Positions 62,369-64,000 of a DNA stretch of 64,000 nucleotides are shown here, one piece after another. Source of the stretch: Octopus bimaculoides (lineage: Eukaryota). The position numbers were made by a program, and so were the translations under genes. Position 1 is the stretch's first letter. Every line of letters begins with the position of its first letter. Under the pieces are notes generated by a model that ran no database searches, had not been told where the DNA came from, and worked only from the letters and a program-made list of their open reading frames with translations. The stretch spans positions 18,230,698 to 18,294,697 of the forward strand of contig NC_068984.1 of assembly GCF_001194135.2 (NCBI RefSeq), read 5' to 3'.

Positions 62369-63795
62369 ATATGTATGTATATATTCGTGTGCCAGAAACT
62401 GCTGTTACTGTAGTAGTTTCTTTGTAACACATTTTAGCTTCAACTAGTTGTCAGTTTCTATAAATGGTTGTTTAATTTTCAATAGGTATCTCTTATTTAG
62501 TCATGTACACGTTCAGGAAACAAGGTGATTCTTATGGCGAACTTAGCACAAGAAAAGCAAGAACTCTTTCCTCATTCCTCTCCCCTACCCACTCCTCTCT
62601 CTATAGCTCTCTCTCTCTCCTCCCTTACCCACTCCTCTCTCTAACGCTCTCTCTCTTTCTCTCTCTCTCTCTCTCTTTCTTTCTCTCAATAATAGATTCA
62701 TACCTGATTTAAAAAAAAAAAAAAAATTGCATAACTGATGAAAATATTGATAATTTTTCAAAAAATTTACACACACACACAAAACATTGCATAAAATGCA
62801 TGCTTATCATCATCACCACTTTGTACATTGGTGTGAAAATACACACACACACACACACACATGCATACATCACACACACACAAATACATACATACACACA
62901 CACGTGCATACATATCACACACACTCGCACACAAATGTAAAAATATGAATATTTAAATGCCGAGACATATAATGTGCACATACATATGTACACATCATAT
63001 ACACACATACTTAGAAATAAAAAAAAAATGATATTATATATAAAAATAAAATGTGTATGTATGTACATAATCATAAATGCACATACGCCTTATTTAAAAC
63101 GTGTTTAGGGTCATGCGTGAGATTTAACAATTTCCATATTTCCTCTGCTTTGATTCTGCTTAAACGAGAATTTGTTCTTGCAAACGAAGTGATGTATGCT
63201 GCTGAAAATTTGATTCCAGTTTAAGTGGTCCCTGTTTCCAGGACTTAATGTAGGTCAGGTTCATGTTAATGACATAGGATCCAGTTGACAGCTAAAAGCC
63301 TTTCTCATGAACTTCAGGGGAAAAAAAATACACTGTTTCTCTATGTAGCTAATGAACTTTTATTTTATTTTCAAGATATTTTTTTCTTTGTAGTTTTTTT
63401 TTTTTTTAAGTCTTAAAAGAAAATATGGACATTCTTGTCCATCTTTACAAAACTCACAATCACACACACACACTCAGAAATACAAGATTAACTCATACCC
63501 TAAAGATACCACTTCTGGATCTCACTAAATCATGCATATATACTCTTGAATGCATACATGCATTCATGGTCTCTTATATACACATTAGAAGTATGCAGTT
63601 TCTCTCTCCATCTTCTCTCTCTTTCTCTCTCACACACACAACTTTGCACACTCTGACTTCTCATTCACACTCAAACTGTCCTCCCCTGGTTCAATTAACC
63701 TTACACTTCTGTGTACACATCATCTCACACTCATTGATTCTACGTTTTGTTTAACCACAAAACTGCCAACCCTGTTCATTCTTGCAGAAAACACT

Positions 63796-63863
<68 letters not shown>

Positions 63864-63955
63864 CTCACAGAAACATCCACTTATAAATACACTTACATGT
63901 TGATATGCATATACATGTACCTTTATATGCCTCTCTGTGTGTGTGTTTATAAATG

Positions 63956-63998
<43 letters not shown>

Positions 63999-64000
63999 GT

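Overview
AT-rich, microsatellite- and SINE-dense animal genomic DNA with 7 assembly gaps. The repeat families look like those I recall from octopus or other coleoid cephalopods; this is inference, not verified. The + strand carries three consecutive motor-domain exons of a kinesin-3 gene of the KIF13A/B / Khc-73 type (14393-14573, 31252-31339, 43091-43225). They have canonical GT-AG sites and compatible phases, and are separated by 16.7 kb and 11.8 kb introns. The next expected exon (LSLVDLAGSER) is not visible, so the window apparently ends inside a KIF13 intron. Nested antisense in that intron is an intact 724-aa single-coding-exon ORF (54231-56405, minus). It predicts a type I membrane protein with a signal peptide, mucin-like ectodomain, 5-Cys microdomain, glycine-zipper TM helix and an acidic, Tyr-rich tail. 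It also has a candidate 5'-UTR intron, an overlapping uORF and a polyA signal. I do not recognise the protein, and it is the most interesting object here. The rest is intronic: at least 5 SINE families (my labels A-F), a 5'-truncated CR1-group LINE whose 3' tail matches SINE family A, a LINE endonuclease relic interrupted by a 17-bp minisatellite, and mariner-, hAT-, piggyBac-like and Helentron-like non-autonomous elements.
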